A DNA stretch of 63,966 nt, the filler included, from Reticulomyxa filosa (Eukaryota; Protista; Foraminifera): assembly GCA_000512085.1 (NCBI GenBank). It is 17 parts of 17 records of this genome, joined end to end, with 100 filler letters (N's around TTAATTAATTAA, not from the genome) between each part and the next. Parts side by side here need not be neighbours in the genome. Positions count along the whole stretch, not along the records: positions 25,114 to 26,620 come from ASPP01045545.1; positions 26,721 to 29,072 come from ASPP01003535.1; positions 29,173 to 30,566 come from ASPP01021038.1; positions 30,667 to 31,977 come from ASPP01025274.1; positions 32,078 to 33,726 come from ASPP01020819.1; positions 33,827 to 34,981 come from ASPP01017722.1; positions 35,082 to 36,554 come from ASPP01010476.1; positions 36,655 to 46,478 come from ASPP01005717.1; 9 more parts are not named here. One strand, given 5' to 3'. The stretch's first letter is position 1. Each line of letters begins with the position of its first letter. Position numbers and translations under genes: made by a program. The notes below the pieces were generated by a model. The model saw only the letters and a list, made by a program, of their open reading frames with translations. It searched no databases and was not told where the DNA came from. This document shows positions 25,114 to 36,790 of the stretch, piece by piece.

Positions 25114-26128
25114 GTCCTGATCAAAAAATAAAAACAAAAATAAATCCGATACAAACAAAAACAAACTTTTTTTTTTTAAAATTCAATTATTCAAATCTTA
25201 CTTTTAAACATTCAACATAAAAAAATTTTCATCATCAGCAAACTTTAAATAAACAAAAAAAAACACCGAAAAACATTTTTATTGTAAAAATTAAATAATC
25301 TCTATAAAAACAATCTCTTTAGAATACATCATTTAAATAAATTAACTAACTTTGATAGGATATGCCGAACCGGTTGGAAGTCCTGTCATTGCGGTTGCAT
25401 CACGATATGATTGAACATGATATTGCTTCGTTGCTTCACAGTAATGGACCGTCTGGACCACTTTTGGACGAACTAACGAAATTTTTGTCACTATCCCTTC
25501 TAGACACACCATTTGCGTCAAGTTATGTGCCATTAATTGTTGGGGTGTCACCAAAACCCCCTTCTAAACCAATCTTGTACACTTGATTAGCCATTTCCTA
25601 TTGTTTTTTTTTTCATAAGTAATTTTTTTTTTTTTAAACAGAATATCTTATATAAATAAATAAATAACTTTTTAGGCATGGTATGCATCTAAATAATCTT
25701 TTAGTGCTTCTTCCCATGCTGGTAAACATTCCAATGGTCTTTCCAATATGCTATAATATTTTTTTAAAATTATATATTATGTTCGATTTGATTTGATATG
25801 TGTCGAGTTATAAATTGATAGATTTGTGTCGAGTTATAACTTGATAGATTTCTATGTGATCTAGTTTTAATAATAAACTTTGTTCTGAGATTTGAGCTGT
25901 GATAGTGGAGGGTATTTAAGTTAATAATCAGTCGAGTTTTTGATTGTTCGACCATTCTTCGTAGTTCATCCAAATACACGCTTTCACATTGTTGTTATAT
26001 TATTATTATTGTTATTGTAGTTGTTGTTGTGTTAGGCAGTTGGAACAAAAATACAGCCTAACGTCAGGCTCAAGCAAGAATGCAAATTCTTGCTTGCTCG
26101 TAATGAAGCTGCTCACTTCTTCCACCAT
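25114..26128 (-). CDS. MCM3: DNA replication licensing factor MCM3, N-terminal exons (truncated by contig break)
   Basis: 'MVCLEGIVTKISLVRPKVVQTVHYC...YRDAT...PTGSAYPIK|D' matches the MCM3 N-terminal OB-fold signature. An upstream exon reads 'RLIINLNTL'. Multiple GT-AG introns. Confidence 0.88.
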
Positions 26129-26907
26129 CTTGGGGAGTGCTCTTTGTGGTTATATATATAAATATAAATATCAAAGAAAGGTGTTTTTTTTTTAAAAAGA
26201 AAAACTTTTCTACATACCCCCTACCTCCACCTTTTTTCATATGTTCACTCTATCAATCTCTTCACTGCTTCTTTCCCATTTCTTTCGCATTTCTTTACAC
26301 CCTCTTTTCTCAAATATTTTTCACATATTTCTAGCATCTTTCTCTTTCATTTTCTTCAAGAAAAACGCAATGAACTCCGGCAACACTACGTACACACGTA
26401 CATACAATCAAACAAAAAAAAACCAACGATTTTCGCAATACAACTGTCATTATCATCTGCAACTTTCTGCTATGTTCCAGAGGGACATTGAGAGGAGGTG
26501 TTCATATGTACTAATTTCAAATATTTTGCATTCAATTTCCAAACCAAATGGGAAAGTATAAGGAGTGGGTCATTAATTTTTTTTTGACTGAAAAGACAGA
26601 GCTGGTATTTCAATGAGCTCNNNNNNNNNNNNNNNNNNNNNNNNNNNNNNNNNNNNNNNNNNNNTTAATTAATTAANNNNNNNNNNNNNNNNNNNNNNNN
26701 NNNNNNNNNNNNNNNNNNNNTTGATGTTTAGCGCCTAATCAGGAATAGAAGGAAGGGTACAACAAACATATTACTTTCGGCATTTTAAGTCCGCGTAATG
26801 TAATTTGCACACCGTTTTTTTTTTGTACTAATTGATACCACATCAATTTCTGCCAAATTTGAATTGCCCTTCAACTTTACAATAGAAGCTCTTTTTAAGG
26901 AAAAAAA

Positions 26908-28293
26908 ATGCTACCGCATAAAAAAAAACTTGATAGAAATAAACAGTCAAAAAAAAAAAAAATGAATGAAGCAATGAAAAGAGAACTTAACATTAAACTT
27001 TTTGAAAACGAAGAATTGAAAGGAGATTTGGAATTACCTGGGGAAATGGACAAGCGACTCAAAGACATTTCTACATTGGAACGACGAGGCAAATCAAAAA
27101 ACATCAATATGCCAATACACCATAAGGAAAAAAAAAACCTAAGTGTTGAAGATAAAAGCAATGAAGATGAACAAAAACACGGCAACAATGACAATAAAAA
27201 CACTTTGTTGTCATCTTCATTTCTTTCTGACAATTCACTAGTGACCCTCAAAGGACACAAGAATTATGTATGGAGCGTTGACTATTTGCCATTTGATGAT
27301 CGGCATTATCTTTGTTCTGGATCAGAGGATAACAAAATTTGTGTATGGGATATTGACAACGCTGAAAAATTGAACATTTTGAATATGCATTCGAGTTATG
27401 TGTTTTGTGTGAAATTTTCACCGTATCATACCAGTCCTACGATTTGTTCAGCATCGTGGGACAAAACCATTCGTTTCTGGGATTTGAAAGCGTCTGAAGA
27501 AATTCAAATATTGAATGAACACACAAATGGTGTTTGTAGTATTCAATTTTCGCCATTTAATGGTGGTCGATATTTATGTTCTGGATCGGGTGATAATACC
27601 ATTCGGTTATGGGATATGGAGATGAGTAAATCGTTACATGTTTTCAATGGACATGAAGATTATGTTTGGTGTGTTGAATTTTCGCCATTACAAAATATTG
27701 ATAGTGATAATGACAATGTTGGTACAATTGGTGGTGCTGGTTATACTATTTGTTCTGGATCATTTGATGATACTGTCCGTTTATGGGATGTTGAAACAAC
27801 AAAAGAATTACTTGTTTTTAAAGGACATAATGATAGGATAAGGTGTGTGAAATATTCGCCATACCAAACAAATGTCGGCGATGGTAATATGATCTGTTCA
27901 GGGTCAGATGACAAAACAATTCGTTTGTGGGATATTCGATCCAAAAAAGAGGTCCAAATATTAAATGGACATACACACTGTGTATATTGTGTTGAATATT
28001 TGCCATTTGTAAGTAGTGCTTATGATGGAATTGAAAGCAACTGTAGGAATATAATATGTTCTGGATCACAAGACAATACCATTCGTTTTTGGGATATTCG
28101 AATTAATAAACAAATTCACGAAATCAAAGGAAATGATGAAGAAGATGATGGAATATTATCACTACAATTTGTGTCATTACCAAGTAAAACCAAAAGAAAT
28201 GACTTGAGCAACGGTAATACCAATGATGGATCTAATTGCGTACTGTGTTATGGCTTAAAAAAAGGTTCTATTCGTATCAGAAGCGAAACTTAA
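26908..28293 (+). CDS. WD40 repeat protein, paralogue of 18161-19627
   Basis: About 6-7 GH...CSGSxDxTIRxWD repeats, with the same 'FSPLQ...GTIGGAGYTICSGS' insert. The start codon is uncertain (26908 or 26961). Confidence 0.88.
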   Translation: MLPHKKKLDRNKQSKKKKMNEAMKRELNIKLFENEELKGDLELPGEMDKRLKDISTLERRGKSKNINMPIHHKEKKNLSVEDKSNEDEQKHGNNDNKNTLLSSSFLSDNSLVTLKGHKNYVWSVDYLPFDDRHYLCSGSEDNKICVWDIDNAEKLNILNMHSSYVFCVKFSPYHTSPTICSASWDKTIRFWDLKASEEIQILNEHTNGVCSIQFSPFNGGRYLCSGSGDNTIRLWDMEMSKSLHVFNGHEDYVWCVEFSPLQNIDSDNDNVGTIGGAGYTICSGSFDDTVRLWDVETTKELLVFKGHNDRIRCVKYSPYQTNVGDGNMICSGSDDKTIRLWDIRSKKEVQILNGHTHCVYCVEYLPFVSSAYDGIESNCRNIICSGSQDNTIRFWDIRINKQIHEIKGNDEEDDGILSLQFVSLPSKTKRNDLSNGNTNDGSNCVLCYGLKKGSIRIRSET

Positions 28294-28877
28294 TTTTAGA
28301 AGTAATATCATTTTTTCATTTTTTTTTTTATAAACGTTTTGAGTTTGTATCAACAAGCAACAATTGTAACATTTTAGATTTCTTTGTTACAACAAGTGTT
28401 TCAGTACTTCAACATATCTGAAATTTTGACACTGTGACACAGCATTATGTGCAATCATTTGTTACTAAAAATTACGCAAGTATATTCGAAACAGTAAAAC
28501 TAAAGACAAACCAGTTGTTTTAATAGTACTAATTTGCAAAATAACGTTAAATCAATCAAATAACGATATGGAAGTTGACATGAACGATAGAAGAAGAAAT
28601 GCCAAGAAGAGGATGCTACAAGATAGATTGTAAACGAATGCAAAAAAGGCAAGCAAATATTTTGTTATAACCTTTTTTTTTGTAAAGATTTGCTGTTGTT
28701 TACATAAAATGAATTGGCCTGGTTTTATGGGTTCTTATATGTGAATAAAATTCCTCAACTTTTGTATTTGAAAAACAATGACATATATCAACACATTTCT
28801 AAACTCTGTTTAGTCGCTTTAAAACTGAATTGGAGGCCTTTCAAAAAAAAAAACTACAATTGCATTAAGAAAAGCTA

Positions 28878-29072
28878 ATGTTGCATTTAAATGTCGAAAG
28901 CGAAGAAAAAAAGTTGGAAAATCAAATAGAAACGTTTTCCCTTTTTGGTTGCTTCAAGAAAGAGTGGCTTTCATTGACCAACAAACCACAAAAATTAAAC
29001 ACGTTAACTTGCTGCATTTGCAATCAAATTGCAAACAATGCAATGGAATTACATTGTGCCGAACATGAAACT
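28878..29072 (+). CDS. N-terminal RING-like fragment of the same RING/TRAF-WD40 family (truncated)
   Basis: 'CFKKEWL...LTCCICNQIANNAMELHCAEHE' aligns with 'CFSKGWI...[21 protein letters not shown]' at 17457+. Confidence 0.75.
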
Positions 29073-29172
29073 NNNNNNNNNNNNNNNNNNNNNNNNNNNN
29101 NNNNNNNNNNNNNNNNTTAATTAATTAANNNNNNNNNNNNNNNNNNNNNNNNNNNNNNNNNNNNNNNNNNNN

Positions 29173-29382
29173 CCAGGTCGTAATGGCGCCCAGCCGCCAG
29201 CCGGCAGGCGTCTCTGAAATGCCGCGGAGAGCGGAGATTCCGGCAATATCGAGCACGTCCTCCGTGACCGATCGTCCAACCCGCGCAGGGTAGAAATCGG
29301 TGCCGCCGGCGAGCACCGTGAAAGGCCGGGTCAGTGCCTGGAGAGCCTCTTCAAGGCCTCGGGGTCGGAGGTAATCGCCCAT
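29173..29382 (-). CDS. Bacterial xanthine dehydrogenase/CO dehydrogenase-family FAD-binding (medium) subunit, N-terminal fragment
   Basis: 'YLRPRGLEEALQAL...VLAGGTDF...LRGI...WRLGAITTW' carries the FAD_binding_5 AGGTD motif. GC-rich and intronless. Confidence 0.88.
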
Positions 29383-29402
29383 ATCGTTCGTGTACGTACG
29401 AT
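29383..29402. promoter_or_regulatory. Imperfect 20-bp palindrome (ATCGTTCGT-GT-ACGTACGAT), candidate MarR operator
   Basis: 9-bp arms with one mismatch, directly abutting the ATG of the FAD-subunit gene. A TTGACT (-35-like) hexamer lies at 29425-29420 on the minus strand. Confidence 0.5.
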
Positions 29403-29440
29403 GACACAGGCCGCGTGCGAGTCAAACGAATGAGTCGGAT

Positions 29441-29914
29441 TCAGATGATCCGCGACAGAAGATCGAGGAGTTGCTTCTGCTCCTGGGCATTGAGCGGCTT
29501 CAGCGTCTCGCGCGAGACGGCAGGACCGTTCAGCAGCAGCTTGTTGACGAGCCGCTGCCCCTCGGTGGTGAGGCTGAGCAGCGTACGGCGGGCATCACCG
29601 GGATCGGGGCGCGAATCGACGAGACCACGTTCCTTCAGCCGGCGCACCACGCCCTGCATCGTGGCCTTGTCCATGCCGACCAGACGGCCCAGCAGGTTCT
29701 GCGACAGCTCGGTATATTCGTCGAGTTTGGCCAGACTCGAATACTGGGTCGGCGTGATGTTGGGATCGCCGATGCCGCTCTGGAAGATGGAACTCGCGCG
29801 CTGATGAGCGCGTCGCAGCAGGTAGCCGATCTGGTCTTCGATGCGATAGGGCCTGGATGCCGCACTCGACGCAGTCTTCGGCTCGAGCGGCTTCTTTGCA
29901 ACGTTGCTTCGCAT
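29441..29914 (-). CDS. Bacterial MarR-family transcriptional regulator (NicR-like)
   Basis: Likely ATG at 29914 after a G-rich RBS. 'QIGYLLRRAHQRASSIF...TPTQY...SQNLLGRLVGMDKATMQGVVRRLKERGLV...DARRTLLSLTTEG' is a winged-helix MarR signature. Confidence 0.92.
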   Translation of the reverse strand: MRSNVAKKPLEPKTASSAASRPYRIEDQIGYLLRRAHQRASSIFQSGIGDPNITPTQYSSLAKLDEYTELSQNLLGRLVGMDKATMQGVVRRLKERGLVDSRPDPGDARRTLLSLTTEGQRLVNKLLLNGPAVSRETLKPLNAQEQKQLLDLLSRII

Positions 29915-30204
29915 CGCCCCCCCGGCTTGCTGCTCCTTCGCTACACCGACAAAGCGTATCGCACAACGGTCACATAACACTCTTTGTCGAAGGTGAATGC
30001 GCGCAGCTCCTGACTCCCCGACTCGGGAATCGAAAAGCGCGAACTTCTCCTGTCGTTGCAACCTCCTGTGCAGATGATCGAGGAGCCCATCGCAACGACC
30101 GGGCATTATCTCGCGCCTTCAAGGATTTCCGGCGGCGTTTTGCGACGCAATGGCAAGGACGATGACGCCTGGGCAAGGCAATGGCAGTGTGACCGGACAC
30201 AGCC

Positions 30205-30566
30205 ATGACACAGGACAAGACAATGCCCGGCGCGCTCGAAGGCATCAGGATCGTCGACCTCACCAATATCATCCTCGGCCCCTACGGCACGATGCTGCTG
30301 GCCGACCAGGGCGCCGACGTCATCAAGGTCGAGGCACCGGAAGGCGACGCGGTGCGTCACATCGGCAAGCCCGGCAAGACGCCGGGCATGGGCCCGACCT
30401 ATCTGTATGTGAACCGAAACAAGCGCTCGCTCTGCCTCGATCTCAAGAACGAGGCCGCACGCGCGGCCCTGCTCAAGGTCGTGGCCACGGCCGACGCCTT
30501 CGTCCACGCGTTGCGGCCTCAGGCCATCGAGGCGCTGGGACTGGGTTACGAAGAGATCCGCAAGGT
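30205..30566 (+). CDS. Bacterial CaiB/BaiF family (class III) CoA-transferase, N-terminal fragment
   Basis: 'GALEGIRIVDLT...GPYGTMLLADQGADVIKVEAPEGD...NRNKRSLCLDLK' is the family signature. Confidence 0.93.
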
Positions 30567-30751
30567 NNNNNNNNNNNNNNNNNNNNNNNNNNNNNNNNNN
30601 NNNNNNNNNNTTAATTAATTAANNNNNNNNNNNNNNNNNNNNNNNNNNNNNNNNNNNNNNNNNNNNCTACTGGTTATTTCGTGTTCAATTTATAATGCTT
30701 TTTTTTTTTTGTTGTTTTTCTTTTAAGTAGATTTGTGGAGAAGTAAAAGAG

Positions 30752-31024
30752 TTGTGCGTCTCGCCAAAACAACACAGATTTGGCGAGTTGCGTACGAAAG
30801 AAGAGAAGGGATACGACTCTCAAGAAAATACCATTAGTGCAAAGCATGCCCAATGGAAAAAACAGGTATCGGCTGAAGCGATAAATAAATGGCAATCCCG
30901 ATTAAATAGCAATAAGACTGAGGACGAAAATGAAAAGAAAAACGAACCAGAAAAAGAGAATAATGAGAAAAAACAAAAACCAACCAAGTTGTATCCAATT
31001 TTTTATCAAGCAGCTCAAAAATGA
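30752..31024 (+). CDS. 3' exon of a hypothetical charged protein
   Basis: Open frame after an intron-like T-rich stretch ending in AG; Glu/Lys/Asn-rich. Confidence 0.3.
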   Translation: MCVSPKQHRFGELRTKEEKGYDSQENTISAKHAQWKKQVSAEAINKWQSRLNSNKTEDENEKKNEPEKENNEKKQKPTKLYPIFYQAAQK

Positions 31025-31887
31025 TCTTTTTTTGTTTGCTTGTTTGTGGTGGACGGTCAGGTGTCACAGTTTGCAAACACTGGTCTATTTATTTTTTAAT
31101 TTACTCAACTTATATAATGTTTGAAAGTAATTCCTTTCAACAACGGTCGGTTGTACACACCAAGATGCAAATTCTGATAAAACATCTTTTCTTTTCTGCA
31201 AACAAAATTAATAGTCAGTAAAATTGTATAAAAGTTATACGTAAAAGTAAAGCTTCTAAAAAAAATTTTTCGCAAGTGTCATGCAAGTGCAATAAATATG
31301 TACCTGATAAAAGATATATTTACATAATAAAAAATTAAAAAACAAAATAGTTTAACGTGTTTTTGTTTTCACCAAGATTTAGCATATGATAAAATTATAT
31401 ATATTATGTAATAACGATTTTATTTTTTTAGATTATTAGTTACATATTCAATTGAACATAAAAACATGTTATCTAAAAAACAACAATATCAAAGTGACAT
31501 TTTTACAAACATTCTTTGGTTTTTTTATTGAAAAATGAAAAAAAAAAATTATTACATAATACTTATACCTATGAAATTTATTGCATGACACTTTTTTTAA
31601 CTAATTAAAACTTTTTTCTTTATTAGTTTCAATCTCTTGTGGAATTTTTACTTATTTTGAACAGAAGTCACTTTAACAAATCTTTTCTAATTTCCGTTTT
31701 AGCTGTTTATTTTACATGCAGTCTCCTAACAGACAGCAGACATGATCGCAATCATACGCATTTTCAATCTTAAAGATAACAGTTTGCAACGTGATATTGC
31801 ATTATTTTGCTGAATTCAGCAAAGTACAAGAGAAATAAAAGTCAGCTAATATGTTGTCCTAAAATTCAAACTTTTGGAAGGACAAAA

Positions 31888-31977
31888 ATGACCAATGTTG
31901 GTATTGTCCGTGAAGGCTACGTTGACTTTCAGGAAAAATCTTTTGGACTAAAATCATGGAAGAGAAGGCAATGTTTT
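31888..31977 (+). CDS. Start of a PH-domain protein (truncated)
   Basis: MTNVGIVREGYVDFQEKSFGLKSWKRR matches the PH beta1-beta2 pattern 'EGYL.K.....WKRR'. Confidence 0.55.
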
Positions 31978-32077
31978 NNNNNNNNNNNNNNNNNNNNNNN
32001 NNNNNNNNNNNNNNNNNNNNNTTAATTAATTAANNNNNNNNNNNNNNNNNNNNNNNNNNNNNNNNNNNNNNNNNNNN

Positions 32078-33726
32078 GCATACGAAGACGAAGAAGAGTC
32101 TCAACATGCTGATGGAGGTTTTGGAAACAAAGGAGGAAATGATTCTTGGGCATTTACTAATGTATTTAAATGTATTTAAATGTATTTTTTTGTCAATATT
32201 CTTTTTTAAAATCATGTGATTATCTTGTGTACAGACTGACAAGAATGAACAAAGTGGTTGGGGATGGGATGAAAATCCAGGCAAGATTGATTTTGAAAGT
32301 CTGTTTAGTGAATGGAATCTCAACGATAAAAACAAAGACAAAGACAAAGAACGAGATCAAGATAAGAACAAGGATAAAGAACAAGATGAAGCTTCCGAGG
32401 AAGACACAAATCAGAATAATCAGGGACAAGAACAAGGAGAGGACAATTGTGTTGAATTCACATTAAAACCTATCGTTGAACTACAAGAAGTTGCTGTCGA
32501 TACTGGACATGAACAAGAATCATTAACTGCATCCATGTTATGCTTTTTTTTTGTTCTGTCCAATAAAATAAAATGACAAAAAAAATAAAATAAAAAAAAA
32601 TTGTTTTGTTCAGATCTTTTAAAAAATTGTACCGTTGGGGCAAAGATGTCACCGGAGAATTCACATGGAAATCCAGAGCTACTTCATCGAAAGTGGAATT
32701 TTGGCAAAATTCGAAAACCAAAAAAACACGAATCACGTGCTTGGAACAACAAACACAAAAATTAAGATTGAATCACTGGATTCCCACAAAGAAGCAGAGC
32801 GAATTGAAGAAGAAGGGAGAAAACGCCTGGACTTGGAGTGCAATGGATGAAACGATTGCCGCAGAAGAAAAAGAGCCTCAAAAGTTGACATTGTTTTCGA
32901 TCAAGTTTGACAATAACAATGACTCTGCATCATTTGAAAAGTTTTTCACTGAGGCTCAACTGAACAATGAGCGAGATAGCCAAAGTGTTGTCCGAGAGTA
33001 CAATACACCGAGACAAAAACAAGAGGCTAGCCAGAATTTGAATCAAAACCAAGATCAAGAAAAAAAGAAAATTAGCCAAGACACAACGAATGTGAAGGCC
33101 ATTGCACAAGTGCAAAAAAATGACTCGTCATCAAAGCTGAACAATTTCTATAACCAAAGTGAGGGTCCTGAAGAAATGCAACGCCATGAAAGAAACAAAG
33201 CAGGCGAAAAAGCAGCGCAGTTATTTGGAAATTCAGGCGGAGATCAGATGGCCAGTGGCATATCCTTTCAATTTGATATGGCTTCAGGAGAAAACGTTTC
33301 CGCCTTTCAATTTGATGTTAATAATTTTTTTTTTTTTGATCTCCAAACATGTGAAGAGAACCTTTGAAGGATTTTGTTTAATTTTAGGTGAAGGACGGAG
33401 TCGATTTGGAATTTTCGCAACATATTCCAAAAGCCGATGTATCTTTTGGAGCTTTGTCAGAGAGCGAATATAATAGCCAACGTGACAACAAAGAATCGCA
33501 ACTTATTGACAATGCAAATGCACAAAGTAATAGTCAAGATAATAGTAGTTTGGGCATTTCCAATTTCAAAATTGTTTCAGAAGATAATTCTAATCAACCG
33601 TCACAAAACAATAGTGCAATGGAAACTAGCCAAAATGATCAAGAAGCTGGAGGGTGTGTTAATCTTTACTTTTTTAAAAAAAAAAAAATGTTTTGTTTGT
33701 TAATCTGGTGTTTTTTTTTTAAAAAA
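32078..33726 (+). CDS. Ran-binding domain (RanBP1/RanBD) protein, possibly nucleoporin-like; truncated at both ends
   Basis: 'HIKPIVELQEVAVDTGHEQE...KLYRW...WKSRA...KVEFWQN...RITCLEQQTQKLRLNH...NAWTWSAMD...LFSIKF...FEKFF' follows the RanBD consensus. Flanked by low-complexity sequence with FQF/GFG/SFG motifs. Confidence 0.8.
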
Positions 33727-33826
33727 NNNNNNNNNNNNNNNNNNNNNNNNNNNNNNNNNNNNNNNNNNNNTTAATTAATTAANNNNNNNNNNNNNNNNNN
33801 NNNNNNNNNNNNNNNNNNNNNNNNNN

Positions 33827-34981
33827 AAAAAAAAAAAAAAAAAAATAAACCTGGCTTATGTAGAAATCCTCGGATCATCAAATAAGAGCTTGCAAAGCAA
33901 CCGACAACTTGCGACCAAAAAGTAAAGTTTGCTGGTTGATTATCAGCCACTCGCAAGATAGCAGATTCTACGTTTTTGAGAGCAATCGCCCCTTGCACAA
34001 TCCAATAATATCGCAACAACATTGAAGGCGAAATCCCTCTTCCAAACAGATTCACATACTTTCTCTCCATGTAATGCACAAAAGACATTACCACCTAGAA
34101 TATTTGTAAAATACACATATAAATATATGAATATATATATTTATATATGTATATGCATACATATATGTATACATATGTATATATTTATGATTTTGTTTGT
34201 ATCAACGTTGAGGTGTTGATCAAATATTTGGAGACCCAAAAAAAAAAAAATTATATATATATATATATATGTATATATGTGTACCCAAGCAGCAGTTTCC
34301 CATGCCAAAGACCAAATGACCCAATTATTTTTTGACTGACTGTAATAAGGCAACACGGATGCCACCACCAAGGCATGTGATAACGCCAATGCAATCGCCC
34401 AACTCACACACAAATCGAAAGTAACAATGTTCGACACTGAACTGATGTCTTGCACTGTGTGATGATCTTTCTTGATTATTTGAGCAATATTTGAAAATCG
34501 CTGAGATAATACTTCAGTAGCTGTGTCAGCTGCTTGCTTTTTCATTTTATAGATACGATGCAATCCCAACACCAATGATGCAAAACACGCTGGTGCTATT
34601 ATTGCTATTCCTTGAAAACATCTTGTTACGTCATTTGTATCTGCACTTGGCTGCCAACCTTACCAATAAAAAAAAAACTTTGTCTTTTTTTTTTTTTTTA
34701 ATTCCGTTTCATTTTTAAAAACAAAAAAAAAAGTTGGCTAGTTTTGTCTATTTTCCACCTCTCCAATTCCAATAAAACGTGTTACCAGTTGACTTTTTTT
34801 CCCCTTTATTTTTTACTTGTTAGTCTTGAAGGATTTGCCCTTCTTGGTTATTTCTGAAGACATACCTTCCGGGTTGTTGCAAAATGATTCTCCAAATCCC
34901 ATCGATTGAGATTATTCTTATTCACTCTATTATAATCTTTTGTTGACTATCAAGAGACACCTTGGTGGTGCTGGGGGGGGG
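33827..34981 (-). CDS. Hypothetical multi-pass membrane protein, spliced, truncated
   Basis: Hydrophobic ORF segments (34141-34575, 33771-34094) separated by (TA)n/poly-A introns. Confidence 0.45.
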
Positions 34982-35081
34982 NNNNNNNNNNNNNNNNNNN
35001 NNNNNNNNNNNNNNNNNNNNNNNNNTTAATTAATTAANNNNNNNNNNNNNNNNNNNNNNNNNNNNNNNNNNNNNNNNNNNN

Positions 35082-35510
35082 CAAACACTATGATTATGTT
35101 CATTTAATATTTGTAGCTGTTTATTATTTAAAATCATAAAGACAAACAGCCTTATCATTTGATCCAGAACAAATAAATTCAATATCATTGAATACTGAAT
35201 AATCAATAATATAGACATAACTTGTATGTCCTTCAAATGTTTTAAGTAATTTTGATGATGAGCGAATGTATCAAACATAAAAACAGTATTTACCTGTATC
35301 AAGTTGTTATTATTGATAATATTATTGATTATATTATTATTTACTTAAAAAAAACACACAAAAATAAAATCATAACATAATTGATAACAAGTTTGTCGAA
35401 TTCATAATCCATACTAATTTAATGTTTGATATTCGAATCCAATGTTGTATAATTACTTCAATCATTTCTTCTTCGGACTATTTTAATCACAAGTTACGTG
35501 TTAATTTTAA
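35082..35510 (-). pseudogene. Decayed WD40-family gene fragment
   Basis: Remnants such as 'LLKTFEGHTS' and 'ICSGSNDK', broken by stops and frameshifts. Confidence 0.55.
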
Positions 35511-36790
35511 AAAAGACAACAAACTATCTGAAAGTTCACCAATGCTGGTTGTGCTGAAAGTGTTTTTCATTATTAAGTGTTGTCTTTTTGAACTTCTTTT
35601 GTTTTTTTTTGTTAAGAGAGTAAAATGTAAAATGGTTCAGTTTTTTTTATCAAAAACAAGAACAAGGATTTAATATGAAAACGTAATTCAACAACACATG
35701 TGATTTTTTTTCAACAAATAAGAAATTTTTCAAAACTTAGTATTGCATATGTATGTATATACAAAAAACCAATCGACGTTGAAAATAAAAAATGTAATCT
35801 AACAAAACTTTTACAAACTCTGAATGTATTTGTCTTCAAAGTCACGTTGTAATTTTGTGAAATTGTGTGGCATCTTTTAGTTTCTTTTCAATGATTCTCG
35901 GTTATTTCTGTTTACAGGAAGAGGATGAATTGACAAAAACAAATAGCCCCAAAACTTTGCTTGGTATATGAATGAGGCAAAGTTTAGATCCAATTTTTTT
36001 TTGTACAGTTCAGACTCTCAAATTAATGCGACAAGAGGAAACAAAGCACTATTTTCCAATTGTACAACTTACCAAGAAAAAATAAAATTTCGTTTTTTTT
36101 TATGAAAAACATGCCAATTCTCCTTGGCCACTTTACTCCCATTCTCTTGTTTTCACACCCATGGAAAAAGGTAAAAAAACCCCAATAAAAAGGGTTCCTT
36201 CCCACTTCTTGTATTTGCACGTTGGCTCAAAACACCCAACTAAAACTATGTCACAAAAAAAAAGGAACAAGTAGATTTTTTTCCCCCGTCCTACCCCCCA
36301 ACGTTCATGTATGATTTAACTTTATAAAGATTAAAGAAAAACTCAAGCAAAATATTATTCTTTGGCAGTTTCCTCATAAGAGCTAATGCCACTGTTGATT
36401 TTGAGTTCACTGACTTTTGGCATTTGAGTTAATTCAAGGTCTGGAACGACAAAGGACTCTATATTTTTGATTTTAAAAATAACAATAATAAAAATAAAAA
36501 AGTTGAGAATTGTGTCTCCTCCTCCCCTCCCCCTTTTTTCTTTTATCAAAACAANNNNNNNNNNNNNNNNNNNNNNNNNNNNNNNNNNNNNNNNNNNNTT
36601 AATTAATTAANNNNNNNNNNNNNNNNNNNNNNNNNNNNNNNNNNNNNNNNNNNNAGAGAGAGGGAGGATTTCGTCTTTTTTCATTCCCTCCCCTTTTTTA
36701 TTTTTCCTTCTCTTCGTCAAAAAAATCGGAATATTACACCTGCACAATACAATTACCTTCCCCAAAACTAAAATAATATATATATATATA

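Noticed and set aside
29915-30106. The 64-aa N-terminal extension of the MarR ORF and the overlapping alternative ORFs in the bacterial contig
   Set aside because: The MarR homology and a G-rich RBS point to ATG 29914. The other frames are stop-poor shadows typical of high-GC DNA.
29173-30566. Horizontal gene transfer of a bacterial operon into the host
   Set aside because: No host flanks, introns or amelioration; the contig is bounded by linkers on both sides.
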